Part shown: one piece after another, positions 36,858-45,658 of the stretch
Position numbering within the stretch: position 1 is the first letter of the stretch
How the letters are laid out: each line of letters opens with the position of its first letter
Origin: Candidatus Woesearchaeota archaeon
GTDB taxonomy: Archaea; Nanobdellota; Nanobdellia; Woesearchaeales; GW2011-AR4
DNA: 48,135 nt
NCBI GenBank assembly: GCA_016181305.1
Contig: JACOZN010000004.1
Location: forward strand, 1-48,135
Reading direction: 5' to 3'
Notes under the pieces: model-generated
Told to the model about the DNA's origin: nothing
The model's database searches: none
What the model saw: only the letters and a program-made list of their open reading frames with translations
Program-made: the position numbers and the translations under genes

Positions 36858-39095
36858 ATGAAAAGAACCCATACCTGCTGCGAGCTGGCAGACAAGGATA
36901 TCAACAAGAAGGTTGCTTTGGCCGGGTGGTGCTCTACAAGAAGGGACCATGGGGGGGTCATTTTCATTGACCTGAGAGACAGGTACGGCATAACCCAGAT
37001 AGTTTTTGACCCAAGCCATGACATGCAAAGCCACAAAACCGCTGAAACTTTGAGAAGGGAGGATGTGGTTATAGTTGAAGGGCACGTAAGGAAAAGGCCC
37101 AAAGGCATGGAAAACGAAAGGCTTGTAACAGGAAATGTCGAAGTTCTTGTTGATAAAGTTCTGGGCATAAACAGGTCAGAAACCCCACCTATTGAGATTG
37201 ATGACAGGATTGAGGCTTCAGAGGAAATGAGGCTGAAATACAGGTACCTTGACTTGAGAAAGCCAAAGATGCAGAAGCAGCTTATATTCAGGCACCATCT
37301 TGCATCTGCAATAAGAGAATACCTGAATGAGCATGGCTTTATTGAGATTGAAACTCCAATGCTGATTAAGACAACTCCTGAAGGAGCCAGGGATTACCTT
37401 GTGCCCAGCAGGCTTCATCCCGGAAAGTTCTATTCATTGCCCCAATCCCCCCAGATTTACAAGCAGATTCTGATGATTGCAGGGTTTGATAAGTATTATC
37501 AGCTGGCAAGATGCCTGAGGGACGAAGACTTAAGGGCAGACAGGCAACCGGAGCACACACAGCTTGACTTGGAGATGTCATTTGTTGATGCTGAAGACAT
37601 ATTTCATCTTACAGAAGGCTTAATCAAGGAAGTTTTCAGGAAACTGCTTAACAGGGACATTAAGACTCCTTTCAGGAGGATTGATTATAATGATGCAATG
37701 GAAAAATACTGCACAGACAAGCCGGACATAAGGTTTGGTATGGAATGCTGCACTGTGACCGAAACAGTGAAAAACTCTGAATTCAAGGTTTTTCTGGATG
37801 TAATAAAAAAAGGCGGCATTGTAAAGGCATTGAATGCGGAAAATTGCGGGGAAAAGCTGAGCAGGAACCAGATTGACGAGCTGATAGAGTTTGCAAAGCA
37901 GAACGGCGCGCAGGGATTGGCGTGGATGAAAGTAGGGAAGAATAAAGCGCTTGAAAGCAACATCGTGAAGTTTTTCCCGGAAAATGAGCAAAAAAAATTG
38001 ATTGAAAAAACCAATGCAAAAATGGGGGATTTGCTGCTTTTTGCAGCAGACAACTCTAAAATTGTCAATGATGTGCTGTCAAAAATAAGGCTGAAGCTTG
38101 CAAGTTCATTGAATTTAATAAAAGAAGTAGATTTTGGCTTTTGTTTTGTAACAGACTTTCCGATGTTTGAATGGAATGAAGACGAGCAGAAATGGGACTT
38201 TGGGCATAACCCGTTTACCATGCCGAAAGAAGAATGCTGGGAATATCTTGAAAAAGAACCTTCCAAGGTTGTTTCTTACCAGTATGACTTTGTGATGAAC
38301 GGCTCTGAGCTTTTCTCAGGCTCTGTCCGAAACAATATCCCGGAATTGCAGATGCGGACCTTTAAAGTGACAGGAATGTCCGAGGCTGAAACAAAGGATA
38401 AGTTCGGGTTTTTGCTTGAGGCATATAAATACGGCGCTCCAAGGCACGCTGGCTTTGGATTGGGATTTGACAGGCTGGCTGCGCTGATGCAGGGCATACA
38501 TGACATAAGGGAAGTTATTGCTTTCCCGAAAAACAAGGCAGCAGAAAACCCAATGGACGGCTCTCCAAACGAGGCTTCTGAAAAGCAGCTGCAGGAACTG
38601 CACATTAAGCTGGACTTTGTAAAAGACACGAGAAATGTCGTGCTGGACAGGATAATTGATGCGCTGAACAAGGAGAAGATTGAATATGAAGTGCTGGAGC
38701 ACAAGCCAGTTTTCACAAGCAAGGAGGCTGCTGAAGTTCGCGGAACAAAGCCTGAGCAGGGCTGCAAGGCATTGATTTGCAAAACAGAGGAAGGCTTTAT
38801 ACAAGCAGTTGTGTCAGGGGCAAAAGAATTGGATATTGAGAAACTGCAAAAATTGACTTTGTTTAAAAAAATTGAGTTGGCAAATGCAAAGGAAGTAAGA
38901 AAAGTAACTGGCTGCAATATCGGAAGCGTTCCTCCATTCGGCAATTTGTTTGGCCTGAAGGCTTACTTTGACAAAAGCGTCGTGCAGAATGACATTGTCG
39001 CGTTCAATGCAGGCACTCACGCAAAAAGTATAAAGATGAAGGCAAAGGATTTGGTTAAGGTTGTGAATCCGGTTATGGGGGAGTTTGGGAAATGA
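36858..39095 (+). CDS. aspS: Bacterial-type non-discriminating aspartyl-tRNA synthetase fused to a C-terminal YbaK/ProX-like domain
   Basis: RRDHGGVIFIDLRD, YRYLDLR, SPQIYKQ, CLRDEDLRADRQPEHTQLD, GAD insert, GLGFDRL and FPK. Followed by HKPVFTSKEAA...KALI...GSVPPFG...FNAG. Confidence 0.93.
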   Translation: MKRTHTCCELADKDINKKVALAGWCSTRRDHGGVIFIDLRDRYGITQIVFDPSHDMQSHKTAETLRREDVVIVEGHVRKRPKGMENERLVTGNVEVLVDKVLGINRSETPPIEIDDRIEASEEMRLKYRYLDLRKPKMQKQLIFRHHLASAIREYLNEHGFIEIETPMLIKTTPEGARDYLVPSRLHPGKFYSLPQSPQIYKQILMIAGFDKYYQLARCLRDEDLRADRQPEHTQLDLEMSFVDAEDIFHLTEGLIKEVFRKLLNRDIKTPFRRIDYNDAMEKYCTDKPDIRFGMECCTVTETVKNSEFKVFLDVIKKGGIVKALNAENCGEKLSRNQIDELIEFAKQNGAQGLAWMKVGKNKALESNIVKFFPENEQKKLIEKTNAKMGDLLLFAADNSKIVNDVLSKIRLKLASSLNLIKEVDFGFCFVTDFPMFEWNEDEQKWDFGHNPFTMPKEECWEYLEKEPSKVVSYQYDFVMNGSELFSGSVRNNIPELQMRTFKVTGMSEAETKDKFGFLLEAYKYGAPRHAGFGLGFDRLAALMQGIHDIREVIAFPKNKAAENPMDGSPNEASEKQLQELHIKLDFVKDTRNVVLDRIIDALNKEKIEYEVLEHKPVFTSKEAAEVRGTKPEQGCKALICKTEEGFIQAVVSGAKELDIEKLQKLTLFKKIELANAKEVRKVTGCNIGSVPPFGNLFGLKAYFDKSVVQNDIVAFNAGTHAKSIKMKAKDLVKVVNPVMGEFGK

Positions 39096-39649
39096 TTATA
39101 AATTTCGTAACCTCCAACATCAACAAGGTAAATGAATTCAGACAGATTCTGGAGCCAGCAATAAAAGTAAATCACATTAAAATTTCTTATCCTGAGCTGA
39201 GAAGCGACAATCCAGAGGAAATAGCAGGGCATTCTGCAGAGATGCTTGCAAACAAGCTTAAAAAAGTTGTTGTCGTTGAGGATTCTGGCTTGTTCATAGA
39301 TGCCTTAAATGGCTTTCCAGGCACCTGCTCTGCCTACATCCACAAAAGAATCGGGCTAAAAGGAATTATAAAGCTGATGAAAGGCATAAAAAACAGGAAT
39401 TGCACTTACAAAAGCGCTGTTGCCTATTGCGAGCCGAACAAAAAGCCAGCAAGCTTTCTTGGCGAGGAAAAAGGCAAGGTTGCAGAAAGCGTAAGAGGCA
39501 GTTTCGGCTTTGGGCATGACCCAATTTTCATCCCGGAAGGCAGCAATAAAACCTATGGAGAAATGGAAGATTACAAAGAAGTCAAGAAATTCAGGCGAAG
39601 GGCTGTTTTGAAGCTAAGGAACTGCTTGCTGGAAAAGAAAAGGTTATAA
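39092..39649 (+). CDS. Non-canonical purine NTP pyrophosphatase (HAM1/RdgB)
   Basis: FVTSNINK, VEDSGLFIDALNGFPG and GFGHDPIF. The usual C-terminal SHR appears as FRR. Confidence 0.88.
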   Translation: MIINFVTSNINKVNEFRQILEPAIKVNHIKISYPELRSDNPEEIAGHSAEMLANKLKKVVVVEDSGLFIDALNGFPGTCSAYIHKRIGLKGIIKLMKGIKNRNCTYKSAVAYCEPNKKPASFLGEEKGKVAESVRGSFGFGHDPIFIPEGSNKTYGEMEDYKEVKKFRRRAVLKLRNCLLEKKRL

Positions 39650-39672
39650 ATACAATTAAACTCATTTTCCCC

Positions 39673-40248
39673 ATGCTTCAGAGAATAAAAGACTTGATGA
39701 AGGTAAAAGGGGACATTGATATTATAAACAGGAATATAGAAGAAAACAACAGGCTTATTTCTGACTTGAAAGTGCAATTGGAATCATTAAAAAACGATTT
39801 AATCGAGACAAAAAAGGAACAGAAAGAATTCCTGCATAACTTCAAGGAAAATCTAAGTATAATAAAAAACCTGAGGGAGGATTTTGGAAAGGAACTGGTG
39901 GAATTCAAGCTCCTGAAAGGGCAATTGCAAAGAAAAATACTTGACAAGTTTGAGGAAGAACTGCAAAAGGACTTGGAAGTCAGCAGGGAAAGCCTGAAGA
40001 AAGACGTTGAAGACTACAATGAATTAAGAAAAAAGGTTGCTGAAATCCTGTCGAGATTGAATTCGGCAACCGAGGAAATCGGCAAATTCATTGAAATAAG
40101 CAAAAGCATAAGGAAAGAGGACTTCGAGCTTACAAAGTTTGCCCGCCATTTGATGGAGATGGACAGGGAAAAGCTCGAGCTGATGAGAAAAATCGACACT
40201 CTTGAAAGATTGGTTTCAAAGATAAGAAGAAGGGAATTGGTGAGATAA
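39673..40248 (+). CDS. Hypothetical coiled-coil protein
   Basis: Heptad-rich K/E/L sequence. Confidence 0.65.
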   Translation: MLQRIKDLMKVKGDIDIINRNIEENNRLISDLKVQLESLKNDLIETKKEQKEFLHNFKENLSIIKNLREDFGKELVEFKLLKGQLQRKILDKFEEELQKDLEVSRESLKKDVEDYNELRKKVAEILSRLNSATEEIGKFIEISKSIRKEDFELTKFARHLMEMDREKLELMRKIDTLERLVSKIRRRELVR

Positions 40249-40265
40249 TTATCTTAATTTTCTAA

Positions 40266-40700
40266 TTATTTTCGTTTGGGATTGTTTATAAATCCGCTAT
40301 AATACAATATCTTGTCCATTGAATCAGCTGTAATTGAAATGCCAAGTTCAGGGAAATAGAAGCCTTCTGGAACGGGCTGCAGGCTTAAAGATGGTAATGG
40401 TAAAAATCTGGCAATGACTAATCGTCGTCCGTATATAACTTGGACATCTGAGGTTTTACTTCCTTTAAAAGAAAAAGTTCCTTTGAATGCACTTAAATCG
40501 TCTAGGCACTCTACTCCAGAAACATGCCAATCAGGAATTCTTGAATGTTCATCAAAATCATCTGCGGTAAGCCCCATGCCATAATAGACAGGAATGCACT
40601 CGCGCTCTAGAATTTCTCTTGGCGGATACGAGGACTCCAAAACTTTCTTTTCCAAGGGCTTATTGCCATTTCCTAAAAATATATTCAACCAAAAAGGCAT
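40266..40700 (-). CDS. Hypothetical protein
   Basis: Likely start MPFWLN at 40700; no family recognised. Confidence 0.45.
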   Translation of the reverse strand: MPFWLNIFLGNGNKPLEKKVLESSYPPREILERECIPVYYGMGLTADDFDEHSRIPDWHVSGVECLDDLSAFKGTFSFKGSKTSDVQVIYGRRLVIARFLPLPSLSLQPVPEGFYFPELGISITADSMDKILYYSGFINNPKRK

Positions 40701-40749
40701 AAACTTAATTATAAGGCAATAATTTATAAAAGTATCGATGCATTTATTA

Positions 40750-40841
40750 TAGAGAATTTTGAAATACATTAATTTTGTCAAAATTCTCTAAGAGAACTTT
40801 GAATGTAAAGTGATAAAATAGTAAGTTATTCAAAGTTCTCT
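40750..40841. repeat. Two adjacent perfect inverted repeats with related arms (AGAGAAYTTTGA x4)
   Basis: TAGAGAATTTTGA (40750-62) / TCAAAATTCTCTA (40778-90), and AGAGAACTTTGAAT (40791-804) / ATTCAAAGTTCTCT (40828-41). Confidence 0.85.
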
Positions 40842-40910
40842 ATATAAAACTCATATAAAATTTTTGAAATGTGCATATATGACTCTTTAAGAAAGATAAT
40901 TTAATGTTGA

Positions 40911-40974
40911 AAACATAGAAATAACAGCATAATGGAGGTGTTAAACATAGAAATAACAGCATAATGGAGGTGTT
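40911..40974. repeat. Perfect 32-bp tandem duplication
   Basis: AAACATAGAAATAACAGCATAATGGAGGTGTT twice. Confidence 0.9.
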
Positions 40975-41006
40975 GCCCCGGGCTTGAGGAGTGATAAACC
41001 CGGGGC
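40975..41006. other. GC-rich stem-loop
   Basis: GCCCCGGG...CCCGGGGC, an 8-bp perfect stem with a 16-nt loop. Confidence 0.7.
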
Positions 41007-41153
41007 AAAGATGGATTTCAATAGCCTTCGTGCATCACCTCGCTATTGGTTAGATTCCAAAAAAGAATAGAGCCATGTTTATATACCATGTGAATATTAC
41101 TTCTGAAAGTATCTTCCATAAGCTTTATAAAGCAAGTATTTAGAGCTGTATTC

Positions 41154-41858
41154 ATGGTGCAGTTTGTTTTCAGCCCGAAATGGTTTTGGGGGAAGGATAT
41201 TTTCATTGATGCCATAGGGGTGTTTGTCCTTGTGCTCATAGCTGTTTTCAGCACAAGGTACTACAAGCTTAATAAGAACAGGAACTATCTCTATCTTGCC
41301 CTTTCATTCTACCTCATTTCATTCTCGTACCTGGCAAAGATACTTACAAACTTCACAGTCTACAGCAAGGTGCTTGAAACTGCAACAATAGGGCTTCTTA
41401 TCATTACATACCAGAAAGTGAGGGTTTCTGAGATATTGTTCTTCATAGGGTTTTTCCTTTACAGGCTGTTCGCACTCTCGGGATTCTACGCCCTTTACTC
41501 AGTGCATGAAAAGCAGTCAAAGCTTAGCATATTCCTCATGCTTTATTTTATGGCAATAGCCACCTATTTCAGCCTCAGCCCATTCTCCTACTATGTGTTT
41601 TACTTCGCCTCATTTATCCTGCTGAGCAGCATAACTATGCACTATTACAAAAGATACAAAAAAAATAAGTACTCGGCAACAAAGTTTCTTGCAGTGAGCT
41701 TCGGCATAATAGCTATAAGCCAGATTTTCTTCATGTTCGTGGGCATAAACCTCAACATTTATGTAGTAGCTGAGATTATACAGCTGATTGGGTACATAAC
41801 TTTGCTTGCAGCCTTCGTGATGGTGCTCAAACATGGAAGGGAAAAGAACAAGGGTTGA
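41154..41858 (+). CDS. 7-TM membrane protein, possible sensor
   Basis: About seven hydrophobic helices and no cytoplasmic output domain. Confidence 0.7.
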   Translation: MVQFVFSPKWFWGKDIFIDAIGVFVLVLIAVFSTRYYKLNKNRNYLYLALSFYLISFSYLAKILTNFTVYSKVLETATIGLLIITYQKVRVSEILFFIGFFLYRLFALSGFYALYSVHEKQSKLSIFLMLYFMAIATYFSLSPFSYYVFYFASFILLSSITMHYYKRYKKNKYSATKFLAVSFGIIAISQIFFMFVGINLNIYVVAEIIQLIGYITLLAAFVMVLKHGREKNKG

Positions 41859-42105
41859 CATCATAGGGGACATGCTCTCTTCCATAGCCGGCAAAGGGGG
41901 GCAGATAAAGCCGACTCATCTGATGTACAAGTCAAATATGTCCCATGGGCAGATGAAGACCTATATTGACGACCTGGTGCAGAAAGACCTGATAAAAAAA
42001 GTCAAGAAAAACAACTATGATTATGTAATCATTACCGACAAGGGGCATGAATTCCTGCAGAAACTGAGGGAAATGAGGGAATTTGAAAAGGCGTTTGGCT
42101 TGTAG
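41833..42105 (+). CDS. Archaeal wHTH transcriptional regulator
   Basis: KRTRVDIIGDML, KPTHLMYKSNMS and ITDKGHEFL. Confidence 0.82.
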   Translation: MEGKRTRVDIIGDMLSSIAGKGGQIKPTHLMYKSNMSHGQMKTYIDDLVQKDLIKKVKKNNYDYVIITDKGHEFLQKLREMREFEKAFGL

Positions 42106-42141
42106 GCAAAATATATAAATAATGCCTTAATAACTTATTCT

Positions 42142-42361
42142 ATGGAAGTTGACAGGAAGCTTTTGGAGCACGTTGCAGATGTTGCAAGGCTTAAGCTGAA
42201 TGAAGAGGAAATAAGGAAATTCCTGCCGCAGCTCAAAGAAGCTTTAGAGTTCTTCTCGAAATTGAAGGAAATAAACACAGAAATGCTTGAGCCAAGATGA
42301 TGCCTTGTCATTGACAGAGCACAAGAAAGGCGGCTATTTCAAGGGCCCGAGGGCTGTATGA
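42142..42361 (+). pseudogene. gatC: Asp/Glu-tRNA amidotransferase subunit C, frameshifted by an internal deletion
   Basis: MEVDRKLLEHVADVARLKL... stops at 42300. The C-terminus KCLSQDDALSLTEHKKGGYFKGPRAV is in another frame. Confidence 0.82.
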
Positions 42362-43800
42362 TGGAGAGTATTCACAATCTTATCAACAAAATCAAAGCTC
42401 AGGAAATTGACATAGTCGAGCATACTTACAAATTAATAGAAGAATGCAAGGAAATAAACAGGGAATATAATTATCTAAATATAATTTCTGAGGAGTTGGC
42501 GTTAAACCAAGCCAGAGAAATAAAAGTGCAATTAAAGCAAAAAAATAAAAACATAAAAAACAAAAAGCTTCTTGGAGTCGCAATTTCCGTCAAGGATGCA
42601 ATCTGCGTCAAGGATGTTGAAAGCGCTGCAGGCTCTAAAATACTGCAAAGCTACAAGCCTTTGTTTGATGCTTTTGTGATTCAGAAAGTGAAAGAAGAGG
42701 GTGGCATTATAATTGGTAAAACTTCTCAGGACGAGTTTGGTTTTGGGGGATTCAGCGTGAATGTCGGAATTGGCTTCAAAGTGCCAAAAAACCCTTTTGA
42801 CATGGAGAGAAGCTGCGGCGGCTCTTCAGGAGGGGCAGCAGGCATAAGCCAGAAATTAAGCAATCATGTTGCATTAGGAGAAAGTACAGGAGGCTCAATT
42901 GTTGAGCCTGCTTCTTTTTGCGGAGTGTATGGATTGTGTCCAACATACGGCAGGGTTTCAAGATACGGGTTGATTGATTTCTCAAATTCCCTTGACAAAA
43001 TAGGGCCTATGGGAAAAAATATTGAAGATGTTGCACTGCTGATGAGCGTAATTTCAGGCTACGACAAAAATGACAGCACTTCATTAAATGTTAAGGACGA
43101 TAATTATGAAAGCTATTTAAAAAAGCCAATAAAGGGAATGAAAATAGGTATTATAAAAGAGGCATTTGGCTCTGGAGTTGAAAGAGAAGTTGAGAAGAAT
43201 GTCTACAATGGGATAGAAGAGCTAAAAGAGGAAGGCGCAAAAACCGAGGAAATTTCTTTGGAACTGCCGATAAAGTATGGCATTGCAACCTACTACATGA
43301 TTGCAACATCAGAGGCAAGCACAAATCTCGCAAAATACTGCGGAATGCGCTATGGAGCTTCTGAAAAATTAGAGGGCAGCTTTAATGAATACTTTACAAA
43401 AGCCAGGAGCAATAATTTTGGAGACGAGGCAAAGAGAAGAATTATTCTTGGCACTTTTGCAAGGATGGCTGGCTATCGAGATGCTTTTTATCTTAAGGCA
43501 ATGAAAGTCAGGACATTGATGATTAACGAATACAAGAAAGCTTTCAAGAAATTTGATGCATTGGTAAGCCCTACAGCATCGATTTTGCCGCCAAAGTTTG
43601 AGGACATTGAAAAATTAAGCCCGCTGCAGCACTACATGATTGATGTCATGACAGTTTCGCCAAATGTTGCAGGCTTGCCTCACTTGAATGTTCCAGTCGG
43701 CTTTGAAAAGAACCTTCCAATTGGAATGCTGCTGATTGCAGACCACTTGCAGGAAGGGAAATTGCTGCAATTTGGAAGCGCAGTGGAGAAGGGGAAATGA
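42358..43800 (+). CDS. gatA: Amidotransferase subunit A
   Basis: ISVKDAI, GGSSGGAA, GESTGGSI, PTYGRVSRYG and RRIILG. Confidence 0.95.
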   Translation: MMESIHNLINKIKAQEIDIVEHTYKLIEECKEINREYNYLNIISEELALNQAREIKVQLKQKNKNIKNKKLLGVAISVKDAICVKDVESAAGSKILQSYKPLFDAFVIQKVKEEGGIIIGKTSQDEFGFGGFSVNVGIGFKVPKNPFDMERSCGGSSGGAAGISQKLSNHVALGESTGGSIVEPASFCGVYGLCPTYGRVSRYGLIDFSNSLDKIGPMGKNIEDVALLMSVISGYDKNDSTSLNVKDDNYESYLKKPIKGMKIGIIKEAFGSGVEREVEKNVYNGIEELKEEGAKTEEISLELPIKYGIATYYMIATSEASTNLAKYCGMRYGASEKLEGSFNEYFTKARSNNFGDEAKRRIILGTFARMAGYRDAFYLKAMKVRTLMINEYKKAFKKFDALVSPTASILPPKFEDIEKLSPLQHYMIDVMTVSPNVAGLPHLNVPVGFEKNLPIGMLLIADHLQEGKLLQFGSAVEKGK

Positions 43801-45209
43801 AACACTTCACAACCGACATCGTAATCGGGCTTGAAATACACGCAGAGCTTGACACAAAAACAAAACTCTTTTGCAGTTGCCCGACTCATGGAAGCGAAGA
43901 GCCTAATACAAGAACTTGCGAAGTTTGCCTTGGAATGCCCGGCTCAAAGCCTGTTCTAAACAAAAAAGCAGTTGAGTTTGCATTGAAACTATGCCTTGCA
44001 CTAAATTGTGAAATTTCTCCAGAATTGATTTTCTCAAGAAAATCTTATTTCTATCCTGACATGGCAAAAAACTATCAAATCTCGCAATACGAAATCCCGC
44101 TCGGAAAAAATGGAAGTCTGAAGTTAAGAGAGGGGAAAAAAGTCGGAATTACAAGAGTCCATATGGAAGAAGACCCAGCTTCACTAATTCATCCTGCTGG
44201 AATGAAGGAAAGCGCTTATGTCCTTGTTGACTACAACAGAAGCGGCAATCCTCTTGTTGAGATTGTGACAGAGCCTGAACTTGAGTCTCCGGAAGAAGCA
44301 AGGGATTTCATGAAGCAGTTGATTACAGTGCTTAACTATCTTGAGATTTTTGACATAAATGAAGGAATAATAAAAGCAGATGCAAATGTTTCAATAAAAG
44401 AAAGCAACTATGCAAGGGTTGAGATAAAGAACATAACTGGATTCAAGGAGATAGAAAGAGCTTTGGTTTATGAGGTTAACAGGCAAAAAGAAGAAGCAAA
44501 GCATCACAAGAAAATTGAGCAGGAAACTAGGGCATGGGATTCAGAGAATGGCGTAACATTTTCCTTGAGAAAGAAAGAAACAGAAGAGGATTATGGCTAC
44601 ATAATTGACACCGACCTGACAATTGTTGATATTGAAGAAAAATGGCTTAAGGAAATCAAAAAAGAAATGCCTGAACTTGCACAAGACAAGGTAAGGAAAT
44701 TTGTTGAAAAGCATAAACTAAAGAAAGAAGACGCGGAAATCCTTGCAGCAGAAAAGGAACTGGCAGAAATGTTTGAGAAAGTTGCAGAGGAAATAAATCC
44801 AGTTTTGGCGGCAAAATGGCTCAGAAGGGAATTGGTCAGGGTTTTAAACTATAACAAAAAAGAGCTGCACGAAGCTGAAATTGATGAAAAGCACATGATT
44901 GACTTGCTGAAATTGGTAGAAAACAAGAAAATAACAGACAATGTTGCAGCCAAAATACTTGAAAAGCTGGTTGAAAAGCCTTTTGATGTCAAGGAATATG
45001 TGAAAAAAGAAAAATTAGAGGCGGTTTCTGACATTGAAGAATTGGAAAAATACTGCAGGGAAGCGATTGGTGAAAATCCAAAAGCAATTGAAGACTACAG
45101 GAAAGGAGAGGCAAAAGCACTGAATTTTATTGTGGGCGCTGTAATGAAAAAAACAAAAGGAAAAGCAACTCCGAAAGAGGTTAATGAGATTATTTTGAGG
45201 ATGATTTGA
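43797..45209 (+). CDS. gatB: Amidotransferase subunit B
   Basis: IGLEIHAEL, RKSYFYPD, HMEED, DYNRSGNPLVEIVTEP, DANVS and the Yqey-like tail. Confidence 0.95.
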   Translation: MKHFTTDIVIGLEIHAELDTKTKLFCSCPTHGSEEPNTRTCEVCLGMPGSKPVLNKKAVEFALKLCLALNCEISPELIFSRKSYFYPDMAKNYQISQYEIPLGKNGSLKLREGKKVGITRVHMEEDPASLIHPAGMKESAYVLVDYNRSGNPLVEIVTEPELESPEEARDFMKQLITVLNYLEIFDINEGIIKADANVSIKESNYARVEIKNITGFKEIERALVYEVNRQKEEAKHHKKIEQETRAWDSENGVTFSLRKKETEEDYGYIIDTDLTIVDIEEKWLKEIKKEMPELAQDKVRKFVEKHKLKKEDAEILAAEKELAEMFEKVAEEINPVLAAKWLRRELVRVLNYNKKELHEAEIDEKHMIDLLKLVENKKITDNVAAKILEKLVEKPFDVKEYVKKEKLEAVSDIEELEKYCREAIGENPKAIEDYRKGEAKALNFIVGAVMKKTKGKATPKEVNEIILRMI

Positions 45210-45654
45210 TAATTTGTTTTAATTTTCTTATATTGGCTATCCTTTCCTCTATAGGTGGGTGAGTTTTATAATTATAAGTTATCTTTCGATCTTTTATCAT
45301 CTGCTTAATTCTTTTAAGCATGGATAAAGTTGGTTTTATACCAATTTTCCTAGCTGCATAAATATCAGCTTCCAATTCTTGTAATTTTTTTATTTTATTA
45401 AAACAAAATATTAACCAAATTTTCTTAATTTCATAAAGAAAATTATATTTATAATGCCAATACTCATGGGCTATAAGGGCATTCTTTCCTTTAGGTGAAA
45501 AAGAAAAAAATAGCTTATCAACATTTATATAACCAACTCCCAAAAAACCTAATACGCTTGAATCGGCAATAAAAGGTTCCTTAGGATTCCTTATATATTT
45601 TAATTCCAAATTTTTATTTAAAAATTTGAAGTTAATAAAAGATAAATCATTCAT
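45190..45654 (-). CDS. M48/M56-like zinc metalloprotease
   Basis: IAHEYWH (HExxH), ELEAD and THPPIEERI. Confidence 0.7.
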   Translation of the reverse strand: MNDLSFINFKFLNKNLELKYIRNPKEPFIADSSVLGFLGVGYINVDKLFFSFSPKGKNALIAHEYWHYKYNFLYEIKKIWLIFCFNKIKKLQELEADIYAARKIGIKPTLSMLKRIKQMIKDRKITYNYKTHPPIEERIANIRKLKQIIKSSSK

Positions 45655-45658
45655 GATA

